From positions 3,155-67,154 of the forward strand of contig MZGJ01000004.1 in assembly GCA_002084955.1 (NCBI GenBank): a stretch of DNA of 64,000 bases. The letters are read 5' to 3'. The notes under the pieces were generated by a model. The model did no database searches and had not been told where the DNA came from. It was given only the letters and a program-made list of their open reading frames with translations. Positions 43,731-53,184 of the stretch are shown in pieces. Position numbers and translations under genes: made by a program. This DNA comes from a candidate division CPR3 bacterium 4484_211. GTDB taxonomy: Bacteria > Patescibacteriota > 4484-211. Each line of letters starts with the position of its first letter. Within the stretch, counting starts at the first letter, position 1.

Positions 43731-45275
43731 TTAAAATAGGGGCCTCTTTTCTTTGAGGTACCACTCATTAATATTTTCAAATCGATCCTGCGGCAGCCAA
43801 AGCTTGCGGATGTTTAGGCCTTTGATTTTAGTGGAGGCGATGTAATAAAGGTTAAGATGTTCCAAAAAGACGGCGGGAACTTCGGCATAAAAATATTTCT
43901 GAAAAGTGGCGTAGGCTTTTTTCCGTTCTTCTAGATCTAATTTTATTCTCCCCTCCTCTAAGGCTTTGTCTATCCGAGGGTGACTTATTCCGGAAAGATT
44001 CATTAACGGAGATTCTTTTTGACTGCTGTGCCAGTATATGTATGGATCGGGATCATGACCGTGTTCTTGGGCGATGAGAAAAGTTTCAAAATCATGTTTT
44101 TCAATTATTTCCTCAATACCTGCTTGATCCAGGGGTTCTACCACAGTCTCTATTCCCAAATCTTTCCATTGGTTTTTAATTGTCTTGGCGGTGTTTAGGT
44201 AAGTGCTTTCGTAGGGTGTTTTGAGATTAATTTTTTTAGGCAGACTAATATTTTTTTGGACTTGGTAGTCTTTGGCTTGTTGGGCATGGGCCCAAGAAAT
44301 TTGCGGGATGGGCGAGGAGGAATGAACACCGGGAGTTTCAAGCTTAAGGCCGGCGGCTAGTGTTTCTCGCACCTTTTTGTCTTTTAATTTTTCGTCTCGT
44401 AAGTTAAAGATTATGACCAGGCTTCTGCCCCAGGTGGGTTTAATTAGCCTGATCGCATTGGGCCAGCTTTCTAGTTTATTAAAATCTTCATAAGTTGGAA
44501 GATTTAGGCTCATAATTTCTCCCAATTTAAATGCGGTAATGGCGTCTGAAGTGGCGGGGTAGAATTTAAAGCGGATGGAATTTAGATAGCCGTCAGGCAG
44601 GCTGAATTCTATCCAATCCACCCAGTTCTCAATCTTAGCGCTAAATTTGATAGCTTTAAATTTGGCCGGTCCGCTTCCTACCGGCCGGAGGTTAAGGGGA
44701 TGGGTTTTGAGTTTATCAAGCGGGATCTGTTGCCATAAATGCGCCGGTAAAATGCCCGTACATAAATTTTCTATGAAGGGGGCAAAGGCGGTTTTTAGAG
44801 TAAATTGAATGTGATTTTGGTCAATTTTGTCAATGGTTACCTCTTCAAAAGTCTTTTTCTCGGGACCGTCATAGGCAGTATTTTGGGTGAGCTGGTAGGT
44901 GAAAACAACATCGTCAGCGGTAACTGGATGGCCGTCACTCCAGTATTGATTGGGTTTAAGCGCAACTACATAGACTTTACCCCCTTCCTTAACTTCCCAG
45001 TTTTTGGCCAGGTCTCCCACCGGTTGATTACGGGCGTTGTATTTAATAAGGCCGCGAAAGACCAGGTGGGACAGTTCGCGATCAATTCGGTTTTGATCAG
45101 CATATAGGGGATTTAGGAGTCTGGGTTGGCCTATAATCCCTTCTACTACTCGACCCCCACCAGCCGGTACCTTGGGAAGATGAAAATACCAGAATGAAAT
45201 TGCCGCCATGGCCATAATACCCAGGATAGGCGGCAGAAAACCAATTAAATGGGAAAAAGGTTTTTTGGGCATCAA
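43731..45275 (-). CDS. ABC transporter substrate-binding protein, family 5 (oligopeptide/dipeptide/nickel type)
   Basis: 514 aa, N-terminal TM/signal. SBP_bac_5-like NWEVKEGGKVYVVALKPNQYWSDGHPVTADDVVFTY. Confidence 0.7.
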   Translation of the reverse strand: MMPKKPFSHLIGFLPPILGIMAMAAISFWYFHLPKVPAGGGRVVEGIIGQPRLLNPLYADQNRIDRELSHLVFRGLIKYNARNQPVGDLAKNWEVKEGGKVYVVALKPNQYWSDGHPVTADDVVFTYQLTQNTAYDGPEKKTFEEVTIDKIDQNHIQFTLKTAFAPFIENLCTGILPAHLWQQIPLDKLKTHPLNLRPVGSGPAKFKAIKFSAKIENWVDWIEFSLPDGYLNSIRFKFYPATSDAITAFKLGEIMSLNLPTYEDFNKLESWPNAIRLIKPTWGRSLVIIFNLRDEKLKDKKVRETLAAGLKLETPGVHSSSPIPQISWAHAQQAKDYQVQKNISLPKKINLKTPYESTYLNTAKTIKNQWKDLGIETVVEPLDQAGIEEIIEKHDFETFLIAQEHGHDPDPYIYWHSSQKESPLMNLSGISHPRIDKALEEGRIKLDLEERKKAYATFQKYFYAEVPAVFLEHLNLYYIASTKIKGLNIRKLWLPQDRFENINEWYLKEKRPLF

Positions 45276-45287
45276 TTCCTTTCTGTT

Positions 45288-45527
45288 TTAGCTGAAAATT
45301 ACGTTGAGTATGGATGTAAAGCTGAACAAGACGGCTAAAATGATCGTGAGGACAAAAATAAATTTTTCTGCCCCGCGCTTGGTGTGGTAAATTTCACCTC
45401 CACCGCCAAATAAACCGGACAATCCGCTTTCTGGCGCCTGCAAAAGTACGGCGCCTACAAGCAGAAGACAGATGAGGATATGGATTATTTGTAAGATTAA
45501 AGGCCAGGGCATTGAACTTAGTTCCAA
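45288..45527 (-). CDS. secG: Preprotein translocase subunit SecG
   Basis: ILICLLLVGAVLLQAPESGLSGLFGGGG is the SecG Gly-rich loop between two TMs. True start probably MPWPLIL (45512). Confidence 0.7.
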   Translation of the reverse strand: MELSSMPWPLILQIIHILICLLLVGAVLLQAPESGLSGLFGGGGEIYHTKRGAEKFIFVLTIILAVLFSFTSILNVIFS

Positions 45528-45547
45528 TTTTCAATGTTTCAATTTTT

Positions 45548-45949
45548 TTATTCTACCAGCCAGTGTAAACAGCCTGAGATCACGCTTATTAATGAAGCTC
45601 CGATGATAGCTATTCCCCAGGCAGGGATAAAGAAAGGAACGATGAAAATTGGTCCAAAATCAATTCCCGGAAACCACATTCCGGAAATTTCAAAATTCTC
45701 TAGTAAGAAGGCGGTTAGATAGAGCATCGCCCCGTTAATAACCAGGCTGAAAAGTCCCAAGGTTATCAGCTGTATGGGAAGAGCAAAAAAGGAGATGATT
45801 GGTTTAACAAAAAGGTTGATAACACCAAAGAATAAAGTGATTACCAATAGGCCGCCAATTCCGCCCTGGTAGGATATGCTGGGAACGAGCCTGGCGGTGA
45901 TGGCCACGGCAAGGGCATTTACTATAACTCTTAGAATGATTTTCTTCAT
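45548..45949 (-). CDS. Four-TM membrane protein of the YvlD / phage-holin-4_2 (PF04020)-like family
   Basis: 133 aa with four hydrophobic helices and conserved Gly/Pro pattern; identified by pattern only. Confidence 0.4.
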   Translation of the reverse strand: MKKIILRVIVNALAVAITARLVPSISYQGGIGGLLVITLFFGVINLFVKPIISFFALPIQLITLGLFSLVINGAMLYLTAFLLENFEISGMWFPGIDFGPIFIVPFFIPAWGIAIIGASLISVISGCLHWLVE

Positions 45950-46049
45950 TCCTGCCTAAGTTTAGCACAACACCGTTTAAAGGTCAAAAGTGCCTTGTGC
46001 GGTGTCAGGAAGCAACTGAGAGCATTAATTCTTGAAAGTTAAACAAAAA

Positions 46050-48122
46050 TTATATTTTTTTAAGCTCCTCAATCTTATCTCTCAAAAAGGCGGCTTTTTC
46101 AAATTCTAAATTTTTGGCGGCTGTTAACATCTGTTGTTCCAGCTCGGCAATAGAGCTGGTAGTTAGATTTCTGTCTTCCTTTAGAAAACTCCCTATTGAA
46201 TTAGTTTTCTTGGTTAACTCTTCTTTCTTTCTCTCAATAACTTTTTCCCGAATTGGTTTTCTTATTGACTTTGGCTTTATTCCGTGTTCGGCGTTATACC
46301 TTACCTGTATTTCGCGGCGGCGGTTGATCTCATCAATAGCTTCCTGCATGGAATTGGTAATTTTATCTGCGTACATAATAACCTCCCCGTTAATGTGGCG
46401 GGCGGCGCGTCCCATGACCTGGATCAGCGAGGTGGCAGATCGCAAAAAACCTTCTTTGTCGGCATCTAGGATGGCCACCAAAGAAACCTCGGGTAAATCC
46501 AGTCCTTCCCGGAGGAGATTAATGCCAACCACCACATCGTATTTGCCGCGCCGTAAGTTTTCCAAAATATCCAAGCGGTCTAGCGTGTCTACATCGGCGT
46601 GTAAATAGCAGGCCTTAATACCTTGCTCACTGAGGTATTCGGTTAGATCCTCAGCCAAACGTTTGGTTAAAGTGGTCACCAGGACCCTTTCTCTTTTTTT
46701 AGTGCGCTTAATAATTTCATCTACCAGGTTTTCTATCTGGTTTTGGATACTGCGCACTTTAATTTCTGGATCCAGAAGCCCGGTGGGGCGGATAAGTTGT
46801 TCGACAATTCCTTTCTTGAATGCCCGGGCTTTGTTTACTTCCCATTTTCCCGGGGTGGCTGAAGTGTAGATAATCTGCGGCGCTTTTTTTAAAAATTCGT
46901 CAAATCTTAGGGGACGGTTGTCCAAAGCTGACGGCAGGCGAAAGCCATAGTCAATTAGGGTCTGTTTGCGTGCCCGATCCCCTTCATACATGCCCCGAAT
47001 TTGGGGAATAGTCATGTGGGATTCATCTATGATGATCAGAAAATCTTTACCAAATCGGTGGGTAAAGAAATCTAGGAGAGTAAAAGGAGGCTCCCCCGGC
47101 GCGCGGCCGTCAAAATAGCGGGAATAATTTTCTATACCGGAACAATAGCCAATTTCGGAAATTAATTCCAGATCGTAATTAGTGCGCTGCTCCAGCCGAT
47201 AGGCTTCTAAGTTTTTCCCCTGCTTTTTGAGTTTGGCTGTTTGTTTTTTTAAGTCTCTTTGAATTGCTTTTATGGCTTGCTTTTTTCTCTCTTCGGCGGT
47301 GATGAAATGTTTCGCTGGATAAAGGGAAAAATTTTTTAGGTTTTCTAAAATATTGCCGCTAAGGGGATCAATTTTTTGAATTTTTACCAATCGGTTATCA
47401 AGTATTTCTAGCCTGATCAGGAAATCAGTATAAGAGGGCCAAAAATCTACCAGCTCCCCTTTGACCCTAAAGGCGGAGCGTTTAAGATGGTAATCATTGC
47501 GCTGGTAGTAAAGATGAAGAAGTCTCTTAATGAGATTCTCGCGGCATAGTTCCATGCCTACGGCCAGTTCAATAATTCTGGTAGCATACTCCGTTGGTGA
47601 ACCCATGTTGTAAATGCAGGAAACAGAGGCTACCACGATAATGTCATTTCGCGTCATTATTGAAGTTGTCGCCGAGAGGCGGAGTTTGTCAATAAATTCG
47701 TTAATGCCGGCGTCTTTGGCGATGTAGGTGTCGGTTTGAGGGATGTAGGCTTCGGGCTGATAGTAGTCATAGTAGGAAACAAAATATTCCACGGCGTTTT
47801 TTGGGAAAAAATCACGGTATTCTTGAAAAAGCTGGGCCGCTAAGGTTTTATTATGGGAAATAACTAGGGCTGGCGTTTGAATGTTCTGGATAACATTGGC
47901 CATGGTAAATGTTTTGCCTGATCCGGTAACGCCAAGCAGAACCTGGTGTTTTAGGCCGGCTTTTAGTCCTTGGGCAAGTTTTTCAATTGCCTCTGGTTGA
48001 TCTCCGGTGGGCTCAAAATTTGAGACGAGTTTAAGTTTAGGCACTGATGCTGGTTTGGAGATAACTTGGTTTCTAGAATTATCTCCGGGAATTTCTGCAA
48101 CTATTGTAACACCAGCCCGCAT
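46050..48122 (-). CDS. uvrB: Excinuclease ABC subunit B
   Basis: Walker A LGVTGSGKTFTMANVI, helicase motifs, C-terminal UVR domain (QMLTAAKNLEFEKAAFLRDKIEELKK). Confidence 0.9.
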   Translation of the reverse strand: MRAGVTIVAEIPGDNSRNQVISKPASVPKLKLVSNFEPTGDQPEAIEKLAQGLKAGLKHQVLLGVTGSGKTFTMANVIQNIQTPALVISHNKTLAAQLFQEYRDFFPKNAVEYFVSYYDYYQPEAYIPQTDTYIAKDAGINEFIDKLRLSATTSIMTRNDIIVVASVSCIYNMGSPTEYATRIIELAVGMELCRENLIKRLLHLYYQRNDYHLKRSAFRVKGELVDFWPSYTDFLIRLEILDNRLVKIQKIDPLSGNILENLKNFSLYPAKHFITAEERKKQAIKAIQRDLKKQTAKLKKQGKNLEAYRLEQRTNYDLELISEIGYCSGIENYSRYFDGRAPGEPPFTLLDFFTHRFGKDFLIIIDESHMTIPQIRGMYEGDRARKQTLIDYGFRLPSALDNRPLRFDEFLKKAPQIIYTSATPGKWEVNKARAFKKGIVEQLIRPTGLLDPEIKVRSIQNQIENLVDEIIKRTKKRERVLVTTLTKRLAEDLTEYLSEQGIKACYLHADVDTLDRLDILENLRRGKYDVVVGINLLREGLDLPEVSLVAILDADKEGFLRSATSLIQVMGRAARHINGEVIMYADKITNSMQEAIDEINRRREIQVRYNAEHGIKPKSIRKPIREKVIERKKEELTKKTNSIGSFLKEDRNLTTSSIAELEQQMLTAAKNLEFEKAAFLRDKIEELKKI

Positions 48123-48270
48123 TTGTGAGATTGAAGTCTCTGAGAGCTATCAGATGTTAAGTTTTAAGAATAGGGTGCGGTAAATGGATAGTATTTTGGT
48201 ATCTAAACAGGACAGCGCCTGTAAAATATTTTTGAGAATGGGTCGTAAATGCCCAGCCCAGCAGTAAAAA

Positions 48271-48305
48271 ATAGGGTGACACCCTCAAAGAGGGTGTCAC
48301 CCTAT
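48271..48305. repeat. Hairpin repeat (family 3): ATAGGGTGACACCC-tcaaaga-GGGTGTCACCCTAT
   Basis: Same arms as 16287..16321 with a different loop. On the minus strand it is followed by UUUUUU. In the uvrB/cca divergent region. Confidence 0.6.
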
Positions 48306-48354
48306 CTGGCTACAGACTAAAGTCTAGTTGCGGAAACGAAGCACAGTTTGGGAT

Positions 48355-48378
48355 AGATGATAGACTAGTCTATCATCT
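48355..48378. promoter_or_regulatory. 24-bp perfect palindrome AGATGATAGACTAGTCTATCATCT (candidate operator 1)
   Basis: Perfect dyad; twin at 48429..48452. Lies between the divergent uvrB and cca genes. Confidence 0.35.
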
Positions 48379-48428
48379 ATTTTGATGAGGTCTGGTGGGA
48401 TTTGCCTTAACAGCAGGTTCTGGGTTAG

Positions 48429-48452
48429 GTATGATAGACTAGTCTATCATAC
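48429..48452. promoter_or_regulatory. 24-bp perfect palindrome GTATGATAGACTAGTCTATCATAC (candidate operator 2)
   Basis: Shares the 20-bp core ATGATAGACTAGTCTATCAT with site 1; centre-to-centre spacing 74 bp. Confidence 0.35.
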
Positions 48453-48497
48453 TGGCGTGATTGTTGGGCAGGTTGTGTTTTATACGATATACTAAGA

Positions 48498-50147
48498 GTG
48501 ATGGGTTTAGAGTTTTTAAGAACAAAACAGGCGGGCATTTACTCGCTAGGCAATTGGCAGCCGCATAGTGTGACAGAAAGAGCCGCACTTGCTCTTGCCA
48601 AGGAGATGAATCAGTATGCTTGGGATAAAGGCTGGGTTAAAGCTAATTGCACCGCGGTGTATTTTGTGGGTGGATATCCGCGTGACTTAATGTATCGGCA
48701 GCTAAAAGGGCGGGATTTTGCGGCTAAAGATATCGATCTAACTACGCCGCTAAGGTGGGAGCAGGCAGCGGAATTCTTAGAAAGTCAGAAGATCACCGAC
48801 CTAACAGTTATAGAGGGGATAGAAAGCGAGAAGAAGAATTTGGTTCATCGCGTATTATACCCGTTTGGCCCTGATGGCAAACGGCTTGAATTTGAAATAA
48901 CCTCCTTTCGCGGTGAAAAAAATTACCGCGGCCATCATCCTCAAGAAGTTTGGCCGACTTTAGACATGCGTGAGGATGCCTCGCGGCGTGATTTTACAGT
49001 TAATGCCCTCTATTTTGATCCAGTTAGAAAGAAAATTATTGACTTTTTTAACGGGATAGAGGCTATAAAGGAGAATCTTTTGGATACGGTTGGTAATCCG
49101 AGACATAGATTTGGTGAAGATCCGGTGAGGATGCTGCGTTTGGTAAGGTTTAGGGCGCGGTATCAGATGAAGGTTGCTTGGCGGGCTGAGGGAGAGGTAA
49201 AAAACTGTCTTTCTGGTTTGGAAGCCGTTTCCGTAGAGCGGATTCGTGATGAAATGGAAAAGATCTTTTTAGAACCCCGTCTGGCTGATTCCATTGACTA
49301 TTTGGTGAAGCTGGGTTTAATGGACTGGGTAATTAGACCAAGCATTTTAGACGGGATGTCTTTTGGCGATCTGGATAAAGTGCAGCATCCGCCCGGGGCG
49401 CCTTATCATAAGGAGGGGAGTGTTTACCGCCACACTTTGGAAGTTTTAAAAGTTTTGGAATCAGAGCGGCTTCTAGGGTACTTTAAGAGGCTTTTTAGTA
49501 TCTTAAATAGGGCAAGCGGGGGGCAGAGTTCTGCAAGGGGCAGTTCCCAAACGAATATAGCTCAAAGTATGTACCCGGAATTAGTTTGGGCGGCGATTAT
49601 GCATGACACCGGTAAAGCTAAAACCCAGAGAGTGGAAGCCGACGGTCGAGTTACTTTTAAAAAGCACGAATATGTTTCCGCTCGGCAGGCGGCAAGTTTG
49701 GCCAAATATCTCAAGATGAGCCGTAGGGAAGCGCAGGGTATAAGCTGGATGGTAGAGAACCATCTGAGAATTAGACTTTTTCCTCAAATGAAATTAAGTA
49801 AAAAGACGGCACTGTTTGATAACGAATATTTTCCTCACCTGGTGATGCTTTTATTTGCTGATCGTTTGGGGACTTTACCGGCCGAAGGCGGATATGAGAT
49901 GATTGATGATTTTTTGGATTCACTTGAGGGTTATACTGAATTTAGGCAGAGGCTGGAGAGAGAAAGCCGGTACCGGCTGCCTATAGATGGCCATGATGTT
50001 ATCGCCGCCGGTGTCCCCCAAGGACCCCGTGTTGGTCAGGTTCTTAAAGTTTTGAAAGAAAAGTTTGATGATTATTTAGATGAAAGAGGCAGGCCGCCAG
50101 AGCAGTCGACGGTTCAAAAATGGCTGGAAGAGGAAACAGCACCTTAG
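48498..50147 (+). CDS. cca: CCA-adding tRNA nucleotidyltransferase (PolyA_pol head + HD domain)
   Basis: YFVGGYPRDLMYRQ...DIDLTT nucleotidyltransferase motif; HD region IMHDTGK...H...D; 549 aa. Confidence 0.75.
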   Translation: MMGLEFLRTKQAGIYSLGNWQPHSVTERAALALAKEMNQYAWDKGWVKANCTAVYFVGGYPRDLMYRQLKGRDFAAKDIDLTTPLRWEQAAEFLESQKITDLTVIEGIESEKKNLVHRVLYPFGPDGKRLEFEITSFRGEKNYRGHHPQEVWPTLDMREDASRRDFTVNALYFDPVRKKIIDFFNGIEAIKENLLDTVGNPRHRFGEDPVRMLRLVRFRARYQMKVAWRAEGEVKNCLSGLEAVSVERIRDEMEKIFLEPRLADSIDYLVKLGLMDWVIRPSILDGMSFGDLDKVQHPPGAPYHKEGSVYRHTLEVLKVLESERLLGYFKRLFSILNRASGGQSSARGSSQTNIAQSMYPELVWAAIMHDTGKAKTQRVEADGRVTFKKHEYVSARQAASLAKYLKMSRREAQGISWMVENHLRIRLFPQMKLSKKTALFDNEYFPHLVMLLFADRLGTLPAEGGYEMIDDFLDSLEGYTEFRQRLERESRYRLPIDGHDVIAAGVPQGPRVGQVLKVLKEKFDDYLDERGRPPEQSTVQKWLEEETAP

Positions 50148-50187
50148 GATGTCTTAATGAAAATCCTAGTTCCCGGTGAGAAGAATA

Positions 50188-50856
50188 TCATGAAGAATTT
50201 AGATGGTCGTCCATTCCTTTAGCGGATCTTGTTTTATATTCACTGTACTTGTGGTAGAGGAAAAAGAAACTGGCGATGATGATTATAGCAAGAACTAAGT
50301 TTTCGTATTTTTCCAGCCAGCCGCCGACTAGTTCCCAGTTTTCTCCCAAGAGCTTCCCGGCGATGGTTAAAGCGGCGGTCCAGATGCCTGTTCCCAGCGT
50401 GGTGAAGAAAAGAAACTTGCCCCAATTCATTTGGGAAAGGCCGGCGGGGATAGATATGAGACTACGGATAATAGGAATTAAGCGGCCGGTAAAAATAATT
50501 AACTCTCCTCTTTTCTTAAATTGTTCAAGGGCTTTGTCCAAATCGGATTCGGACAAAAAAAGATAACGGCCGAATTTCCTAAAAAAATTCCTCACAATAA
50601 TTTCGTTCCCCCACGCGCCGAAGGCGTACCAAAAAATTGCTCCCAAAACTGAACCCAATGTCCCCATTAATATCGCGATTATCAGATTGAATTTCCCTTG
50701 AGTCGCCAAAAAGCCGGCAAAAGGCATTACCACTTCCGAAGGAATGGGAGGGAAAACGTTTTCCAGAGCCATGATGGCAACAATGCCGGGATAGCCAAGG
50801 GCGGAGATGATGTTTAGGGCAAATTGAGAGATTAATGATAAAAGAGCAGGAATCAT
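50188..50856 (-). CDS. DedA/SNARE-associated family membrane protein
   Basis: GYPGIVAIMALENVFPPIPSEVVMPFAGFLA signature. Confidence 0.75.
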   Translation of the reverse strand: MIPALLSLISQFALNIISALGYPGIVAIMALENVFPPIPSEVVMPFAGFLATQGKFNLIIAILMGTLGSVLGAIFWYAFGAWGNEIIVRNFFRKFGRYLFLSESDLDKALEQFKKRGELIIFTGRLIPIIRSLISIPAGLSQMNWGKFLFFTTLGTGIWTAALTIAGKLLGENWELVGGWLEKYENLVLAIIIIASFFFLYHKYSEYKTRSAKGMDDHLNSS

Positions 50857-50930
50857 AGTTAATTTTCAATCCCTTAAATCCAAATTTCAAGGTCCAAATT
50901 TCAAATCAAGTTCAAAGCTCAAAGTTTGAA

Positions 50931-51308
50931 TTATTTCTTCTTTCCCTTTAGTATCGTGGAAAAAATCAAAGTCAGCTCGTGGGCCTCTTTCCATAATTGT
51001 TTGCACTTATCCTTCTTGACAGGATATGCTTTGGTAAGCATTCGTACCCAATGCATCGTTTCTTTAGCTTCCTTCCTGCAGAGACTAATTTTGTGTTTGA
51101 AATCCCTCTTCGATTCTGCCGCATCTGCTTCCATGTAGTTTGCACCAATACTTGTTCCTGATCTAACTACCTGACTTACAAGTGGGCGGATTACGGTCGT
51201 ATTTGGTAATTTTTGGGCAAATTCCACAATACTTTCTCCAAATGTTGCCGTTCTTTCTTCTAGGTCGTATACTTTTTTGTCATTTGGGTTTTGGATTTGG
51301 TTTGTCAT
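50931..51308 (-). CDS. Four-helix-bundle protein (TIGR02436-type, the family often encoded in 23S rRNA intervening sequences)
   Basis: IRPLVSQVVRSGTSIGANYMEADAAESKRDFKHKISLCRKEAKETMHWVRM is characteristic. No rRNA sequence flanks it. Confidence 0.65.
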   Translation of the reverse strand: MTNQIQNPNDKKVYDLEERTATFGESIVEFAQKLPNTTVIRPLVSQVVRSGTSIGANYMEADAAESKRDFKHKISLCRKEAKETMHWVRMLTKAYPVKKDKCKQLWKEAHELTLIFSTILKGKKK

Positions 51309-51328
51309 TTGAACTTTGTCCTTTGACG
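51276..51328. repeat. AT-rich repeat family 2, partial copy (TTTGTCATTTGGGTTTTGGATTTGGTTTGTCATTTGAACTTTGTCCTTTGACG)
   Basis: Shares TTTGTCATTTGG, GGATTTGGTTTG and TTTGAC modules with 61322..61374. Confidence 0.45.
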
Positions 51329-51393
51329 CTTCCCTTATAGATTGAAAATTGTAAATTGGAAGTTGGGGGCTGGATTATTTTTACGTTTTGCAC

Positions 51394-53124
51394 TTATTTG
51401 ACCAGTGTCGAAGTATCTCCTATCGGCAATCCCATTTCTTTGGCTTTCAAAAATCGGCGGACTATTTTGCCGCTTCTGGTTTTGGGGAGAAATTTAACAA
51501 ATTCAATCTCTCGCGGATAGGCGTGCCCGGCCAGATGTTTTTTTACAAACTTCTTAATGTTTTCTTTAAGCTCTTCGGTTCCCCTTTCTCCCTCTTTTAG
51601 AATTACAAAGGCTTTAATAATTTCTCCTCTCATCGGGTCTGGCTTGCCAATGACCCCGGCTTCAATAATTGACGGATGTTCTACCAAAGCCGATTCCACC
51701 TCAAAGGGTCCTACCCTTTCCCCGGAGGTTTTAATAACATCATCGGCGCGGCCGATAAACCAGAAATAGCCATCTTTATCCATATAGGCGCGGTCGCCGG
51801 AAATATACCAATTATTTACAAAATAGCTTTCGTATTTCTGCGGTCTTCTCCAGATCTTCTGCATCATTGAGGGCCAGCCGGGCTTAATGGCTAAGTTACC
51901 TTCCTGCATTGGCGGCAGCACCTTCCCTTTATCATCTACAATGGCCGCTTTTATTCCCGGCAGGGGCTTACCCATGGAGCCGGGTTTGATGTCCATACTT
52001 GGGTAATTGGCAATTAAGATCCCGCCGGTCTCAGTTTGCCACCAGTTGTCATGAAAAGGGATCCCAAAAACCTTTAGTCCCCACCAAACTCCTTCCGGAT
52101 TTAGAGGTTCTCCAACACTGCAGAGATGACGCAGTTGGCGGAGGTCAAATTTTTTGGGCAGCTCGTCGCCGGCGGCAATAAGCATGCGAACGGCGGTGGG
52201 GGCGGTGTACCAGACAGTCACATCGTATTCCTGCAAAATCTCGTACCATTTTTCGGGGTTAAAGCGGCCTTGGTAAACCACGGTGGCGGCGCCGTTGGAC
52301 CAGGTTCCCAAAATTTCGTAGGCAATGCCGGTAACCCATCCGGGATCAGCCGTGCACCAGTAAATGTCGTCTTCGTGGATATCCAGAACCCACTTGGCGC
52401 TCATGTGTTCATGCAAAATTGCCAGGTGTTGATGGATAACCCCTTTGGGCTTGCCGGTGGTTCCGGAAGTATACAGCATAAAAGCCGGCTCGGTGGGCTT
52501 CATATGAGCCGTGCGAAACTCTTCAGAAGCTTTGGCCATAGCCTTGGGCAAACTGACCGATTTGGGGGTATTCTCTTCGGAGTCAATCAGAAGAACTTTT
52601 TCCAAACGCGGGAGCTTGTCTCTTATTTTGTCAAGCCTTTTTTTTAATTCTTTGTTGGTGACCAAAATTTTGGCGGCGCTGTTTTGCAGGCGGTCGAGGA
52701 GTGCTTTTTCGCCAAAAGCGGAAAAAAGAGTTCCGGCAATGGCGCCGGTTTTCAACGTGCCTAAGAAACCATAGTAGAGTTCGGGAACCCGGGGAAGGAA
52801 GAAGAAAACACGGTCGCCGCGCTCAACGCCCAATTTTCTTAAAACATTGGCAAACTTGTTGCTTAACTCCATTAATTCCAGGAAGGTGTATTTTTTCTTT
52901 TCTCCCTTCTCGCCTTCCCAAAAAAGGGCCACCTTGCTCTTGCGATCACCTTGGGCATGGCGGTCAATGGCATTGTGGGCGGCGTTAATCCGGTTGTTGG
53001 GGAACCAGTCTAGTTCATGATAGGCTTTTCTCCACTCAAAAGCCTTGTAGACGCTTGCGTAGTTTTTAAGATTAGGTTCTTTTTTAAGGAGGTCTTTAGT
53101 TTTTTTGATAATTTCTTTGTTCAT
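51394..53124 (-). CDS. acs: AMP-forming acetyl-/acyl-CoA synthetase
   Basis: AMP-binding MLYTSGTTGKPKGV, YWCTADPGW, C-terminal ...GKIVRR; 576 aa. Confidence 0.75.
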   Translation of the reverse strand: MNKEIIKKTKDLLKKEPNLKNYASVYKAFEWRKAYHELDWFPNNRINAAHNAIDRHAQGDRKSKVALFWEGEKGEKKKYTFLELMELSNKFANVLRKLGVERGDRVFFFLPRVPELYYGFLGTLKTGAIAGTLFSAFGEKALLDRLQNSAAKILVTNKELKKRLDKIRDKLPRLEKVLLIDSEENTPKSVSLPKAMAKASEEFRTAHMKPTEPAFMLYTSGTTGKPKGVIHQHLAILHEHMSAKWVLDIHEDDIYWCTADPGWVTGIAYEILGTWSNGAATVVYQGRFNPEKWYEILQEYDVTVWYTAPTAVRMLIAAGDELPKKFDLRQLRHLCSVGEPLNPEGVWWGLKVFGIPFHDNWWQTETGGILIANYPSMDIKPGSMGKPLPGIKAAIVDDKGKVLPPMQEGNLAIKPGWPSMMQKIWRRPQKYESYFVNNWYISGDRAYMDKDGYFWFIGRADDVIKTSGERVGPFEVESALVEHPSIIEAGVIGKPDPMRGEIIKAFVILKEGERGTEELKENIKKFVKKHLAGHAYPREIEFVKFLPKTRSGKIVRRFLKAKEMGLPIGDTSTLVK

Positions 53125-53184
53125 GTTTGGCTAATTTTAGCACGGATGATAAATCCGGCACAAGTAGACTGCATTTCTTTTAAA

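Noticed and set aside
50857-51393. Possible 23S rRNA fragment around the four-helix-bundle (IVS-type) gene
   Set aside because: Flanks are AT-rich repeats with no recognisable rRNA helices or conserved 23S motifs; no rRNA is called in this window.
52126-52647. 173-aa ORF antisense within acs, and similar antisense ORFs inside uvrB (46114..46608), ppsA, thrS, recG and others
   Set aside because: Nested inside well-supported genes on the opposite strand, low-complexity, no motifs. Typical shadow ORFs.
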